Below are positions 51,301 to 63,080 of a stretch of 64,000 bases of DNA, piece after piece; positions within the stretch are counted from its first letter, which is position 1; each line of letters starts with the position of its first letter. Under the pieces are notes generated by a model that was not told where the DNA came from, made no database searches, and saw nothing but the letters and a program-made list of their open reading frames with translations. A program made the position numbers and the translations under genes. The DNA is from Rhina ancylostomus (taxonomy: Eukaryota), in assembly GCA_030265395.1 (NCBI GenBank), contig JARFYF010000074.1:66214295-66278294 (forward strand), given 5' to 3'.

Positions 51301-52545
51301 CCCTAGTGAGGCAGCTTTCAATTTAAATAAGAATTCACATTCATGTACTCTTAACTTCTATACACAACCCTAACAGAATTCTTGGCAGCGACTAACAAGC
51401 TCCAGTTTCCCCCTTTTCAGATTAGCATATGGGAAAAGCAGAAAAGGATGGAAATATAGTACTTTCACATTCCCAGATTGTTCCAAAGCACATCAAAGCC
51501 AATGAACTCACTTTTGAAATGAGCTCATCGCTTTGTTGGCAAAAAAAGACAACTGACTTGTGCATAGCAAGGTCCCACAAACTGTGAGTTTGTGTTTATG
51601 GCAAATGTTAGCCCAGACTTTAGAAGAACATTCTGCTCACTTCAAATGGTTCTCTGGGACCTTTTCTGTGAACAACAGGTTAATATCCCCACCAAGAGTG
51701 CAGCCTTTCATTGGTTCTGCACTAAACCGTCAGTTGGGGATATGCACTCAAAATCCAGAGTTGGTTTCAACTATAACCGTTTGACTCAAGCTGAATGTAC
51801 TACTTAGCCAGTGATGCCTAATCAACAGCAATCTCTTTGACCAACCTGGTCAGGGATAGATCTACAAAGTTGCACCTAACTGGAGTCATTCTGATGAACT
51901 TGTGCCCTGATGTCTAAGTCTTCAGCTATGTGACTGATTTAAATCTTTGATTGTATTCATTGAGAATGTACACAGAAATTAAAGTCAAAGCATACTGAAA
52001 ATTAATAATTAAAAAAATGCCGGANNNNNNNNNNNNNNNNNNNNNNNNNNNNNNNNNNNNNNNNNNNNNNNNNNNNNNNNNNNNNNNNNNNNNNNNNNNN
52101 NNNNNNNNNNNNNNNNNNNNNNNNNNNNNNNNNNNNNNNNNNNNNNNNNNNNNNNNNNNNNNNNNNNNNNNNNNNNNNNNNNNNNNNNNNNNNNNNNNNN
52201 NNNNNNNNNNNNNNNNNNNNNNNNNNNNNNNNNNNNNNNNNNNNNNNNNNNNNNNNNNNNNNNNNNNNNNNNNNNNNNNNNNNNNNNNNNNNNNNNNNNN
52301 NNNNNNNNNNNNNNNNNNNNNNNNNNNNNNNNNNNNNNNNNNNNNNNNNNNNNNNNNNNNNNNNNNNNNNNNNNNNNNNNNNNNNNNNNNNNNNNNNNNN
52401 NNNNNNNNNNNNNNNNNNNNNNNNNNNNNNNNNNNNNNNNNNNNNNNNNNNNNNNNNNCAGGGTTTGGAATTCCATCCTTATTAGGGTCCACCATTTTTT
52501 TCTCCTTTGGGACACTTCTTAAAATATACATCTCTGAGCAATCAT

Positions 52546-52688
52546 ACTAGAGAAAGTCCTGAAGAAGGGTCCTGACCCGAAACGTTGACCAGTCCTGAAG
52601 AAGGGTCCTGACCTGAAGTGTTGACCACCTGCTTTTCTCCACGGATGCTGCCTGACCTGCTGAGTTCCTCCAGCATCATCACATTTTT
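52546..52688 (+). mobile_element. Penelope-derived 143-bp insertion with a tandemly duplicated hammerhead core
   Basis: Perfect 17-bp TSD catctctgagcaatcat (52529-52545, 52689-52705); 36-nt unit repeated at 52555-52590 and 52591-52626. Confidence 0.88.
52555..52590 (+). ncRNA. Minimal type I hammerhead ribozyme motif (intact core)
   Basis: aGUC-CUGAAGA-a-GGGUC-cu-GACCC-GAAA-CG-UU^GACc: conserved boxes, stem II, 3-bp stem I, and palindromic AACGUU in place of helix III. Confidence 0.7.
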
Positions 52689-53989
52689 CATCTCTGAGCA
52701 ATCATTTAGTTACCCATCCTTTGAATTCCCTTTGTGGCTCAGCATCACATTTTGCCTGTTTATAATTTTTTGATGGGCTCAGGACATTTTGTAACAGTAA
52801 CAATGCTGTTAGAATTGAAATGTCTCAGAAGCTCATGAATTGAAGTTTTATCTCATGGATATTGATCAGAGCAATTGGGAGAAAAATCATTGAAAATTTT
52901 AAATGATTTTTGCTATTTTTTAAAAACAATTTTAGCTACCAGTTGTAATAAAAATGTTGAAGATTGAGAAAAGAGATTGAGAGAGATGCAGTGGGAGGTA
53001 GGAGGTCATCTAACTAGAAATGCTAACCCTGGACACTACATTAATTACAACTTGTCCTTGGAGATACATTGAATCCCTGTCCAGGAAACACACAGTAAAA
53101 CGATCCAGCCATTCTGCTTATTGGTCTTGCTATTTTAAGCTGTCCCTCTGAAAAGCCCCACATCTTTCCCCATATTATGCGTTTCTCCAGCTCACTCAAT
53201 CTTTCCCAGTTTGTGTTTACTACAGCTGTGAGACAAAAATGGAACAAACTGTTCAAGATGTGAGGAAAATCAAAAAAAAACTTTTGCTTTGAGACCCAGT
53301 CTCTCAATTGCTGGAAAATATGTACGTAATAGAATGTTCAAATGGAACTTTGAATCACAGAAGGGATTGAGAAAATATTAGCCTGGACTCTGCAAGATAA
53401 TGGCAGCAGTTCCTCGCATAATTGTTGACATATCCCTGCAGAAGGGATTTCCATGCAGATGCGGAAGAATCAAAGTTGCAGTCAGGTGCTTGTGATGGTT
53501 TTGCCCACTGCTCTCCAATCTGGGCTCCTTATGCATTTCCGCAAAGGGACACACAGTTATGGCACTTTCCCACTACTTGTGTTGGGAAATCACTCACATC
53601 ACTTGCACCAGGGAAGGAACTTTTCCCCCATTCAATTCAATGCAGGGGGATGTTTACGATGGACTAAAATAATTATTAGCTTAATTTGATCATTTTAATT
53701 GATTTGAGTTTATTTAATATTTAAATGCTCTGTGTTTTTAAGTGCTTTATTTTTTTAAATGTTTAACACATTTGATTTTATATAGTTTGAATATTTTATC
53801 AGCTGATGAACATTCAGAAACATACAAGCCCAAAAATTGCTCCAAGCCATTTATTGGTACTAAAAGAACATTGCAGGCCACACTTCCACTGTTAGTGAAA
53901 GTGACACAGAAAGTGAGACCTTCATTTGCAAGGTTAATAGAACAACATCATTGGGTTTCCCTGTGTAATGCTGTACTGAGTTGACAGTT

Positions 53990-54660
53990 CTCATTGACGC
54001 GGCACTCCTGATTCATGCTACAAGTTCTGGCAGATCCCAGCATGTGGCACAGCAAGTGCAACCTATGCAGCCAGTACTTAAAGGGACATCCACAATACAC
54101 GCAGCATGCTTCCAACTGTAGGGGATTGTTGCTACTGAATAAATGGAAACTGCAATGTTGGAAGGGAGATGGGAAAGTGCTCTCAGGGGTTTAGAGAGAG
54201 CTGGAGAAGCATAGTGCCCATAGCAGACATGTAGATTGTGTAAGGACAGCCTGCAGGATCACAGCCAGTTATTCCAGGTAGGGNNNNNNNNNNGAAGATC
54301 TTTGTAAGGTCAAAAGGACCTACATCTTGGGGAATCCTGCAATACAAGCAATTTCCTGGCATGCCCGGCCTGCTTTTTATGGGCTGCAAGAAATGTAGAG
54401 GAAGTCTCACTGATGTGCCAGAAATCACCAGCAAAGGCCTGTGGTGATCCTGAAGCTAGGAAGCAAAGCACAACTATGACTCTGAACTCCATGGACAAAG
54501 TAGTCGAGACACTGGTGTGAGATTATATTAGGGTCCTGGAGTTTACAGATCTCAGTAAGGACCAAGAATTGAATTTGAGAGTTGGTCCTTTAAATAGAAT
54601 GGTTTACGAGGAAACAAGACTAGTAGTACAATCTAGTCACATTTTTTTTGACCAGTGATA
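53990..54660 (-). mobile_element. Harbinger/PIF (HARBI1-like) DDE nuclease remnant
   Basis: VIVVLCFLASGSPQAFAGDFWHISETS (~VTVALNFFASGSFQ..AGD..GISQ), AGFPKM, GCPFKYWL (~GYPLKTWL), in order. Confidence 0.8.
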
Positions 54661-54869
54661 CTGGAAAATCTCACTGTAAATGAACTTTTGTCTGTTGTTT
54701 TACAGTTGATGTCATTGGGGGGAGGTGGGGTGAAAAGCTTTCAATGAGAAGCAAACTCCTGCCAAAAATATGAAGGCACTCAGAAACGTGTGTAAAATTG
54801 GACTAATCTTCTATTCAACTGTTTTTTCAAGGCCTCAAAGTTTTTTCACAGCTTTCAAGGTGCACAAGC

Positions 54870-55560
54870 TTTTTTAATCAGTTCTGTTGGACTGTTTAAC
54901 TCTCTGCAGCACACATTGAGTACTGAAATCCAAAGCCAAGATGGAAAGAAGTTGACTTTGTAGAACACAAACTCTCTCTGCAGCACCCAGATACCAGGGG
55001 CTCTTATTTATGGTGGTGACATCAAACATTGCATCTTTGTTGGTGAATGATGCTACCCACCACCTTCGTACAGGCAAAGCGGAGTTGCAAGCTCTGTTGT
55101 GTTGTTGTTGGACTCCAAAATACCCCTTGACACTAACAGCAACTGGTAGGCCTGCCAATGCACTAGATGCTTTCTTGTATGTATCCATCAGCTTCCTCTT
55201 GTTGGCTGTAATATTAAGATCCTTGCGATTTAATAAAAATATTTTAAAAAGAAGATCCTTGTGTGAAGCTTCTGCACCCAACTGCTGTGTGATCATGCCT
55301 TCTAGCGAACTGGTGCCTGTCTATAACATCCTTGCCCTGGCTGCAGTTTCTAGCTCAGTCCTGGTATCTCACCATGTGCAGATTCCACAGTGTCAGTATG
55401 TGAGCTGGTCCCTGGCGCATGAATTCCCATGATAGTATTTGCTGACAATAACGTCTTTCTGTGTTACTCCCTGCTGTGCTGACCATTTAATATCAGGAGG
55501 AACCCCCAACACCCCTCCACCTTCTGCTCTTTGCACTACTGCCTGCAGTATGAAGGGGAG
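54870..55560 (-). mobile_element. Harbinger accessory (Myb-partner) gene remnant, C-terminal part
   Basis: SAHGEIPG and KRKLMDTYKKASSALAGLP; homologous to about 32700-32800; adjacent to the nuclease remnant; acceptor-like ttcatactgcag near 55543. Confidence 0.5.
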
Positions 55561-55719
55561 ATGAAAAATTATAGAGTGAGCAGAAAGATGGCGCAGAAGG
55601 GGTTTGAATGTTTGGCGAGTGGAGGAGAGGGGGCAGAATGCAGGGATAATAGAGCTGGGGAAACTGGTTTGGAATTCAAAAGGGTAGAATTGTGGCAATT
55701 AGTTATGAGGATGAGAACA

Positions 55720-56120
55720 AGCAGTGAGGGGAGAGAACAGATCGTATGGGAAGGAGCGGAAGGCCATGATATCAGTACCCAGTACACTTATCTTTGGTCA
55801 TCTCCAGAGGGATCCCATGAAGCGTTACCAAGAGATTCATCCAAATGGCAAATGTGTACAGCGCAGGAGGCAGAGTTCAGAAAAACATTTCCCAGCTAGT
55901 GCACATTGTTTCAATCAAAAGAAACAGATGCGATAGTGGTGGAAGAAATCCAACAAACAACTCAAGCATTAATTGAAAAAACATGTCAAACATCAACAAC
56001 ATTATGTGTGGGGGTAACTAAAGTATGCTGTCCCAAGAGATACAGCAACAGCACAACCTCAAAGCTGCAAACACCAACACATCGTATTGAGTTTACTAAC
56101 AAGATCGTCAAAAGACAGTG
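55720..56120 (+). mobile_element. Possible N-terminal zinc-finger region of the R2-like element, decayed
   Basis: GHLQRDPMKRYQEIHPNGKCVQRRRQSSEKHFPASAHC has His/Cys spacing reminiscent of R2 zinc fingers; same strand as, and upstream of, the R2-like RT. Confidence 0.3.
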
Positions 56121-56509
56121 AGATTATTATAATAATAAAAACCAATGGCTTATAAATAATCTTTGAAACCCATTTTATTACATGTTTCTGCAGAATATCT
56201 GCATTGTTTGGATTAAATGGCAAATTCATCATAATGAGTCTGGAAAACTGTTTCATTCATGCGCTTGTGGTGTTATAATGTGTGTTACAGTTTGCTCTGA
56301 AAATGCTTATCACTCTTGTACAATTATGTTCTTCAAAGCCATTCTCGCTCGAGTGAAATACTGACCAAAGCTAGCCCGCTTTATTCCCTGTTTTTCCCCT
56401 TCAGCTCTGTGGTATCAGTTTGAAATGGACAACAACCCACTGATGTGATAACAGCAACATTGTTTTAGCCATATTTGGTGCATTTAGTAGAAAAAGCATT
56501 AAAAAAATA

Positions 56510-56945
56510 CAAACAGGAGTAATCCAAGTGGTCCTTAATCCTGCTCCGCTATTCAATAAAAGGATAGTGGATCAATTCCACTTTCCACCTGAACCCCATA
56601 TCCCTTGATTCGTAGGTGTCCAAAAATCTATTGATGCCAGCCTTGAATATCTTCTTCAGCATTGCCACAGGGCTAGGTGGGTGCCTAGATTAGGAGAGAT
56701 GCCTGGTCCTTTGGATATTTGCAATGATTGAATACCAATAACATTCTGGACTAAAGAGTTCCAAATATCTACAAGAACTGGGAGTCGGAGTAGCTATCTG
56801 GCCCTTTGAGCCTGCTCTACCATTAATCAAGTTCTTGTCTGATCATCTTTTTCAGAGCCATTTTCCTGCACTGATCCTATATCCCTTGAACCTCTTCATG
56901 TCAAGAAATCTATCGACCTGTGTTTTCAAAAACACGACAACTGAC
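56510..56945 (-). mobile_element. Two short CR1 3'-end fragments
   Basis: cctgctccgctattcaataa..ccccatatcccttgattc; ggagtcggagtag..gagcctgctctaccatt..atcccttga. Confidence 0.65.
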
Positions 56946-57239
56946 CATGCGCGGCCCTTTAATTAACCTGGTGAATCATAACTGCATTAATTACAAGGGA
57001 AACAGTAGTAAAATCAGAGAATTCTCTAAGAATCAGCAGTGTAGGTGGCATCTGCGGAAATGGCATGAACATTTCAGGTACAAGTAAAAATAGCAGGTTG
57101 AATCTCCTGACTGCATCCAATTTGCAGAGGTCCCATGGGTCACATTAAAGGGAAATGGGAAGAGCAACAGGGAACTATACAGCAGCAGTGCTCATTATTA
57201 AAGCTGCACTGATCAATGTTTAAAGCAAATTTAAACGCG

Positions 57240-58380
57240 TACATCTGCAAATAATGGAACAAGCTGGTAAAAGTGCAGATCACAGGGTGCTTGAGTACTG
57301 CAATGTTGTTTTGGCAGTAAAAGAAAGAAAATGGCAGCTCAAGTACAAGCAGTGGTCATGGCTGGAATGGAGATATATAACAAGGCATGTGAATCGATTA
57401 TGTCAAGAGGAAGGAGATGCTTTTCATGGAAAATAATATTCTTGAGCTAGAAGACAGTAGAGGAACACATAGATGCTGCAGTGAGGGAACATAAGATTAA
57501 GAAATATTTCTCAAGGAGATTTGCTCAAACTATACCACTCACTCACTAATTTAGCAGTTACGCAGAAAGCTACAGGCAACTCAGCTGAAGGACAGTTCAG
57601 AGATTGCAAGTGCACTTCAACACACAATCGTTTTGGCACCTGCATTCAAAAGTTTTGAGAAACTGTGAGTAATCATATCATCGTACCCAAAGATCAATCA
57701 AGATATAGTAACTTCAGCAAATTGTTTGACCGTGCACACAAAGGTAGGTTCATATGTGATCAGAAAGGCAAAATGATCCTTTAAAGTTGTTAGATACGAA
57801 GAACCTAGTAATTGATTTTACATGTAGGATGATAGGCAAGAATGCCACGTAATTCCATCCTCTGCCAGACTGGTTGGATGGGGCTTGATGACCATTTTGT
57901 GGACCTTATAGCTGGCATGTATACGAATACTGACACTGATATTGAGAACAGAAAAGCCAGGACCGGATCCATTCCTATGTTAAGGAGGGATGGGGGTGTG
58001 ACCTGCCTTCTCCTATTTTATTTAATATCATTATGGACATTATTTATGTTCATTAGATAGAAATGGGTTTGGGTTCCATCTCGGTGTAGAAAATACTTTC
58101 TGCACCACTGTGGCTTTTGCCATGGTGAGTGACTTTCACAAGGGCATATCCAAAAACCTCAAGGTCTTAGAGAGGTTTTGCAAAAAAAAAATAGCCTTGA
58201 GGTGAATCTCAATAAGGCTGCCTGATTTTCTTTATGACTTCTAAAAACAAAAGTTTCATTTTTAACTCCATCAATAACTGGCTCTACAACAAAGATAAGA
58301 TTATTTTTATTATCTCTGGCGAATGGGAAAAGTACCTTGGTGCTAGGATCGACCTTTCGATAGGAGATGATCCACAGAGA
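57240..58380 (+). mobile_element. Decayed R2-clade non-LTR retrotransposon reverse transcriptase
   Basis: NFSKLFDRAHK; NSILCQTGWMGLDDHFVDLIAGMYTNT; TGSIPMLR; DLPSPILFNIIMD; TVAFA[DD missing]MVSD; GISKNLKVLERFC; LEVNLNK; NWLYN..SGEWEKYLGARIDLSIG. Confidence 0.75.
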
Positions 58381-58429
58381 TGACAGGCAAGAATGCCACA
58401 TAATTTCATCCTCTGCCAGCCACAAGTGT

Positions 58430-60010
58430 AATAGTTGTTTCTAGACCAATGGTAACTTCTAAAGCTTTATCTCAAAACATTGATGGTGTCATATCATGGT
58501 AAATGTTGCCAATCGCTGTTAAAGCTGTACTGGTGATTATTCCCCATGCAGATTTTTTTTTTAAAGGGCTTATGCTACTCATATTGGGAGAAAGGACATG
58601 CAGCAATAGCTTGTAAATTGAAACATAAGGAGTGTAGCCATAAACATGACATCAAAAAAGAGAGAATGAGTTTACCTTAAGAAGTTACGAACAGGAANNN
58701 NNNNNNNCAGGAAATCTGCCCCATATTAAAACCACTGTATAATACAGAGAATTTACTTTGTGGAAGATCAATGCAGGCAACTGTATGAAATAGGACTTTA
58801 AGGATACATTCCTGATTAACAAAAACCCACTAAACATGCAAATGAACATTTCATTATGGAGAAGGGCACATATGATAAACAGTTCACTTCAGGAAGGAAC
58901 AAAAGTTGTGAAAGTCTTGGGACAGATGCAATGCATGCTGTGCTGTGATAGCCAGAGTTTCAAGTTACTATATTGGGTGACCAGAGATTATAGGTGAAGA
59001 TTGGTTAACAAGATCAGGTGTTGACTGGGCAGTAGTATTTACCGCTCAAGTTGAAATTGTGTCCAGATTATCGCAGGAATCATCTGATATTAAGAGTGAA
59101 AGTTCAATTTGGAGTTTGGAGACAAAGATTTCTTGGTAACAACCCCTGAGATTGCTCACGTGACTCAGCAAGATGTACGACTGAAGCAGATCTATGAATA
59201 CACTTTGAGAAGATGAACCAGCCTGGATAAGTGTCTCAGTGAAGCTTCATAGCCTTTCTGCAATTGTAGCTTTGATTTATCAACCAACGAAAAATGTTTA
59301 AAATGAGCACATCAAGCAGTCATTCCAAGTGTTTTCTGGAAAAGGATTGTGGATGATCTACATGCCAAACACATTGGAATTGTCAACATGAAGGCCATGC
59401 CAAGTGATTTGTGTATTGGCCAAACTTTGACAAAGAGTTGGAGGAAGTTCTGTTCCTGTGTATACTTTGCCAGCAATAAAGAGCAATGGAGATTACAGGT
59501 AAGAGACACCATTACAACCATGGAAATGGCTGAGCCAACCATTCCAACAAATTCATGTTGTTCTTGTCAAAAGGGAATGATCATTTATTTGTACTTATAG
59601 ACACATTTTCAAAATTGATTGAAGTCAAACATGTATTAGCACAACAGCAGAGCCTATCCTAGAAGAGTTAAGATTGATTTATGCTACACATGGAATACCA
59701 ATTGACTAGTGTCCAACAATGGACCACAGATCACTAGTTATTTGAGAGTTTAATGAAAAGTAATGTCATCAAACACCTGTTAATTCCTCTAAATAATTTT
59801 GTTTCCATTTAAATAGCAGTGTGATCTGTACATATGTTAAAGGCATTGAAAAAAATAAATGTCCCAATGTTATTCTACCTTCACAATGAATTAACAATTG
59901 GCTAACTTCTTGGTTAATTACTGTACAATCCCACTCTGCTACTGGTTTACTCTGGCAGATCTGTTATGCATTGTTATCTTCACACATATTGATTGCATTG
60001 CACCTGCCAT
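58430..60010 (+). mobile_element. Gypsy (Mag/K02A2.6-like) pol remnant (integrase, probable RNase H)
   Basis: AVIPSVFWKRIVDDLHAKHIGIVNMKAM; DTFSKLIEV; LEELRLIYATHGIP; LVSNNGPQITS. Confidence 0.85.
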
Positions 60011-60314
60011 TATCATAGCATTGAAATAATTGGCAGGAAAGGTGGTGACTGAGGGGTATTGCACATCCAAAAGCCAAATAGCATGTGACCTATCTTTCCA
60101 CGATATCAGAGATAGCAATAATAGTTGATGCCACTGGCTTCCTGAGGTCAGTAGTTATAGCTAATTATAATAAAAAATAAAATAAACTATTTGTAGTTCA
60201 TCCAGAAAAGTAATTTCCACTCTCAGTTTCTTTTCATCAACACAGGGTTTTTTTACTTGCTTAAATTAGGATAATTAAATGAGTTGATAGGTAGAGAGCA
60301 AGAAACCTTATTAT

Positions 60315-60700
60315 GAAAGCAGGTTGAGGGAACTTGGCCTTTTCTCCTTGGAGAGACGGAGGATGAGGGGGTACCTGATAGAGGTGTATAAGATGATGAG
60401 AGGTATTGATTGGGAAGATAGTCAGAGGCTTTTCCCCAGGGCTGAAACGGTGGCCACAAGAGGACATANNNNNNNNNNNNNNNNNNNNNNNNNNNNNNNN
60501 NNNNNNNNNNNNNNNNNNNNNNNNNNNNNNNNNNNNNNNNNNNNNNNNNNNNNNNNNNNNNNNNNNNNGTTGGATAGGTACATGGAGCTGAGAAAAATAG
60601 AGGGCTATGGGTAAGCCTAGTAATTTCTAGGGTAGGGACATATTCTGCACAGCTTTGTGAGCTAAAGGGCCTGAATTGTGCTGTAGTTTTTCAGTTTCTA
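60315..60700 (+). mobile_element. CR1 3' fragment
   Basis: LRELGLFSLERRRMRGYLIEVYKMMRGID; LDRYMELRKIEGYG; CR1 tail. Confidence 0.92.
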
Positions 60701-62282
60701 AACATTTTCTTCTGCTAAGGTTTCCTTCATGTCAACTGAAAATTTTACAGCTGAGTCTAACAGATGTTTACTAGGCAGTAGTATTTGAGATACTGAAACC
60801 AAGATGAGTAGATTCCATGGAATGTGGAGCACAAACAAGCCATTTGTCCCAATTGGCCCATCCAGACTGTATGAGCCACAGGATCCATTTCTCACCTCTC
60901 TTCATAAAACTTGATTAGCCTAACCTACAACCCTGAATCCATTTGAAAATAATAATCAAAACTGAATGACGAGACAGCCTTAAGAGGTTAAATGTTACAT
61001 GGCAGTCCCTTTGTTCCCATCCATCTGTGAGCAAATTCAGCTAGGGACAGAAATTTCTGGATCTTCCTGGCAAGTTTACTTTGTGGGAGAGAGGAAGATG
61101 CATAGTTTATTGAGATTTTATCTTCTCCCTTAAAGCCACAGCATTCAGAGTGCTTCACAAGGACGAATAGCACATGACATTCAGTCAGAAAACTGCAGCT
61201 GATGCAAGACATTAAAAGTAAACAAAATGTTATACAGTTAAAAGTGCTAAGAATGTTTCAATAGGAGGATTCTTTCTCTCACCAAACAAGGCTGATGTTT
61301 ACAAAGAGAGGAGCTGTCTGTTGCTAGTCATAGGTAGAAGTCAGTCAGTCATTCCAATCCAGAATTTAGTGAAAGGTTCCAATATAAGATGCCAGTCGTT
61401 GGAACACTGTGGGAAAATATGGTGACTGCTCAAACTAAGACTGTTTCAGCAAGGGCCATAAATCCTCCATGGCAAGTGAGAGAGACAAACATCTCTTACA
61501 GCAATATAAATTACTGATAAAAGGTTTTGGAAACTAAGAAAAAACAAATAAACAAATCAATAAGTGTATTTACATCTTAAGAAAATACCACAAATTTTCT
61601 GTGCAATGTTGGGCAAAATATTTTGATTTTATCTCTTCTAAATCATTAAGGATAAGGTCTTCAGTAGAGAGCAACAAAGACCATAGGCCAATTTTGTACC
61701 TTCCAGAGTAACAACTGGATTCATATGGCACCTTGAATGTAAGGACACATCCCAGAGTTTAGTACATGGAAAGCAAGTATTGGAACCAGGCTGCAAGAGA
61801 TTAGGAGAGTAACTGAGAGCTAGGATGAAGAGATGGGGCTTTGAGCAGTTTTTTTTAAACAGTAGTACACACAGAATTTCAGAGAGAAGGATCAAGACAA
61901 CAGAAGACATTGCCTGCAACATGATAGGTGAGCAGAAAGCCACAGCCACAGGATAGGTGCAACAAAGCTTCAATGAAATGGAATTTATGGAGGATGGAAG
62001 ACCAGTAAGGAGTAAGGAGCAGGCAAGTCTTCTAATGACACAGAGGTGTTGGTGTTGAGTTGGAAGCAGGTAAAGAAGTGCAAGGGCAAATCATTGGTTT
62101 CAATAGAAAATAGAGAAAGTAGAGCTAGAGCAAGGCTCCAACATGGCATCAACTGACTGTCTGCATTAGCCTGATAAAAGTCATCAGGAACAAGAATAGA
62201 GTCAATGAGAAAGCAGCAAAATGTGTGCTGAGTTAAGGATGATGGAATTGGCCTGCCCAAAATTGAAACTGTGGAATACAAA

Positions 62283-62415
62283 AGGAAAATGCTGGAAATG
62301 CTCAGCCGATCAGGCAATATCTATGGAGAGAGAACATTTCAGGTCAATGACCGTTCATCAGAATGATGGTTCCCGACCTGCTGAGTGTTTCCAGCATTTT
62401 CTATTTTTATTTCAA
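62283..62415. mobile_element. Second fold-back Penelope-derived element (shorter, more diverged)
   Basis: gaaaatgctggaaatgctcagc...gctgagtgtttccagcattttc inverted arms; minus strand centre CTGATGAacGGTCatTGACCtGAAA. Confidence 0.75.
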
Positions 62416-62429
62416 ATACTGAGTTCCTG

Positions 62430-63080
62430 CATGAAAAGGACTATGATGCTGGAGAAACTCAGCAGGCCAGGCAGCATCCTTTGAGAAGAGCAGGCACGTC
62501 AACGTTTTGCGTCAGGACCCTTCTTCAGGGCTGAAGGTTGGAAAAGGGGAAGCCCAATATATAGGAGGGAAAAGCAGAGCAGTGATAGGTGGACAAAAGA
62601 GGGGAGGCAGGTGGGTACAAGGTGGTGATGGGTAGATGCAGGTAAGAGACAGTGATAGGCAGATGCAGGGGAGGAGGGGAGAGTAGATCCACCGAGTGAT
62701 GGGTCAAAGGTAAGGAGGAGAAAAGGGGGGTAGAGAATAGAGGCCAGGAAAGAGAGGTAAAGAAGAGGCATGGTTAAGGCAGGTGTGGGGTAGGGGGTTG
62801 TGGGGATTACTTAAAGTGAGAGAATTCAATGTTCATTCTGTTAGGCTGCAAGGTTCCAAGATGGAAAATATGAGGTACTGTTCCTCCAGTTTGTGCTTGG
62901 AGTTCTCCCGACAGTGGAGAAGGCTGAGGACTGACGTACTGGTGATGGAGTGGGAGGGGGAGTTGAAGGTGACTGGCAACGGAGAGATGCAGATCGCAGT
63001 TATGGATGAAGTGTAGGTGTTCTGCAATACTGTCACATAGTCTGTGTTTGGTCTCGCCAATGTAGAGGAGGCTACACTTG
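62430..63080 (-). mobile_element. Penelope-like element 3' fragment: GIY-YIG endonuclease C-terminus, pyrimidine-rich 3' UTR, mutated hammerhead
   Basis: KCSLLYIGETKHRLCDSIAEHL...VASH/FNSPSHS...KLEEQYLIF; terminal cCTGAAGAaGGGTCctGACgcAAAACGTTGAC at about 62498-62532. Confidence 0.9.

Noticed and set aside
52555-52626. 36-bp direct repeats as a CRISPR array
   Set aside because: Only two adjacent units, no spacers, no cas genes and a vertebrate context. They are explained as Penelope hammerhead units.
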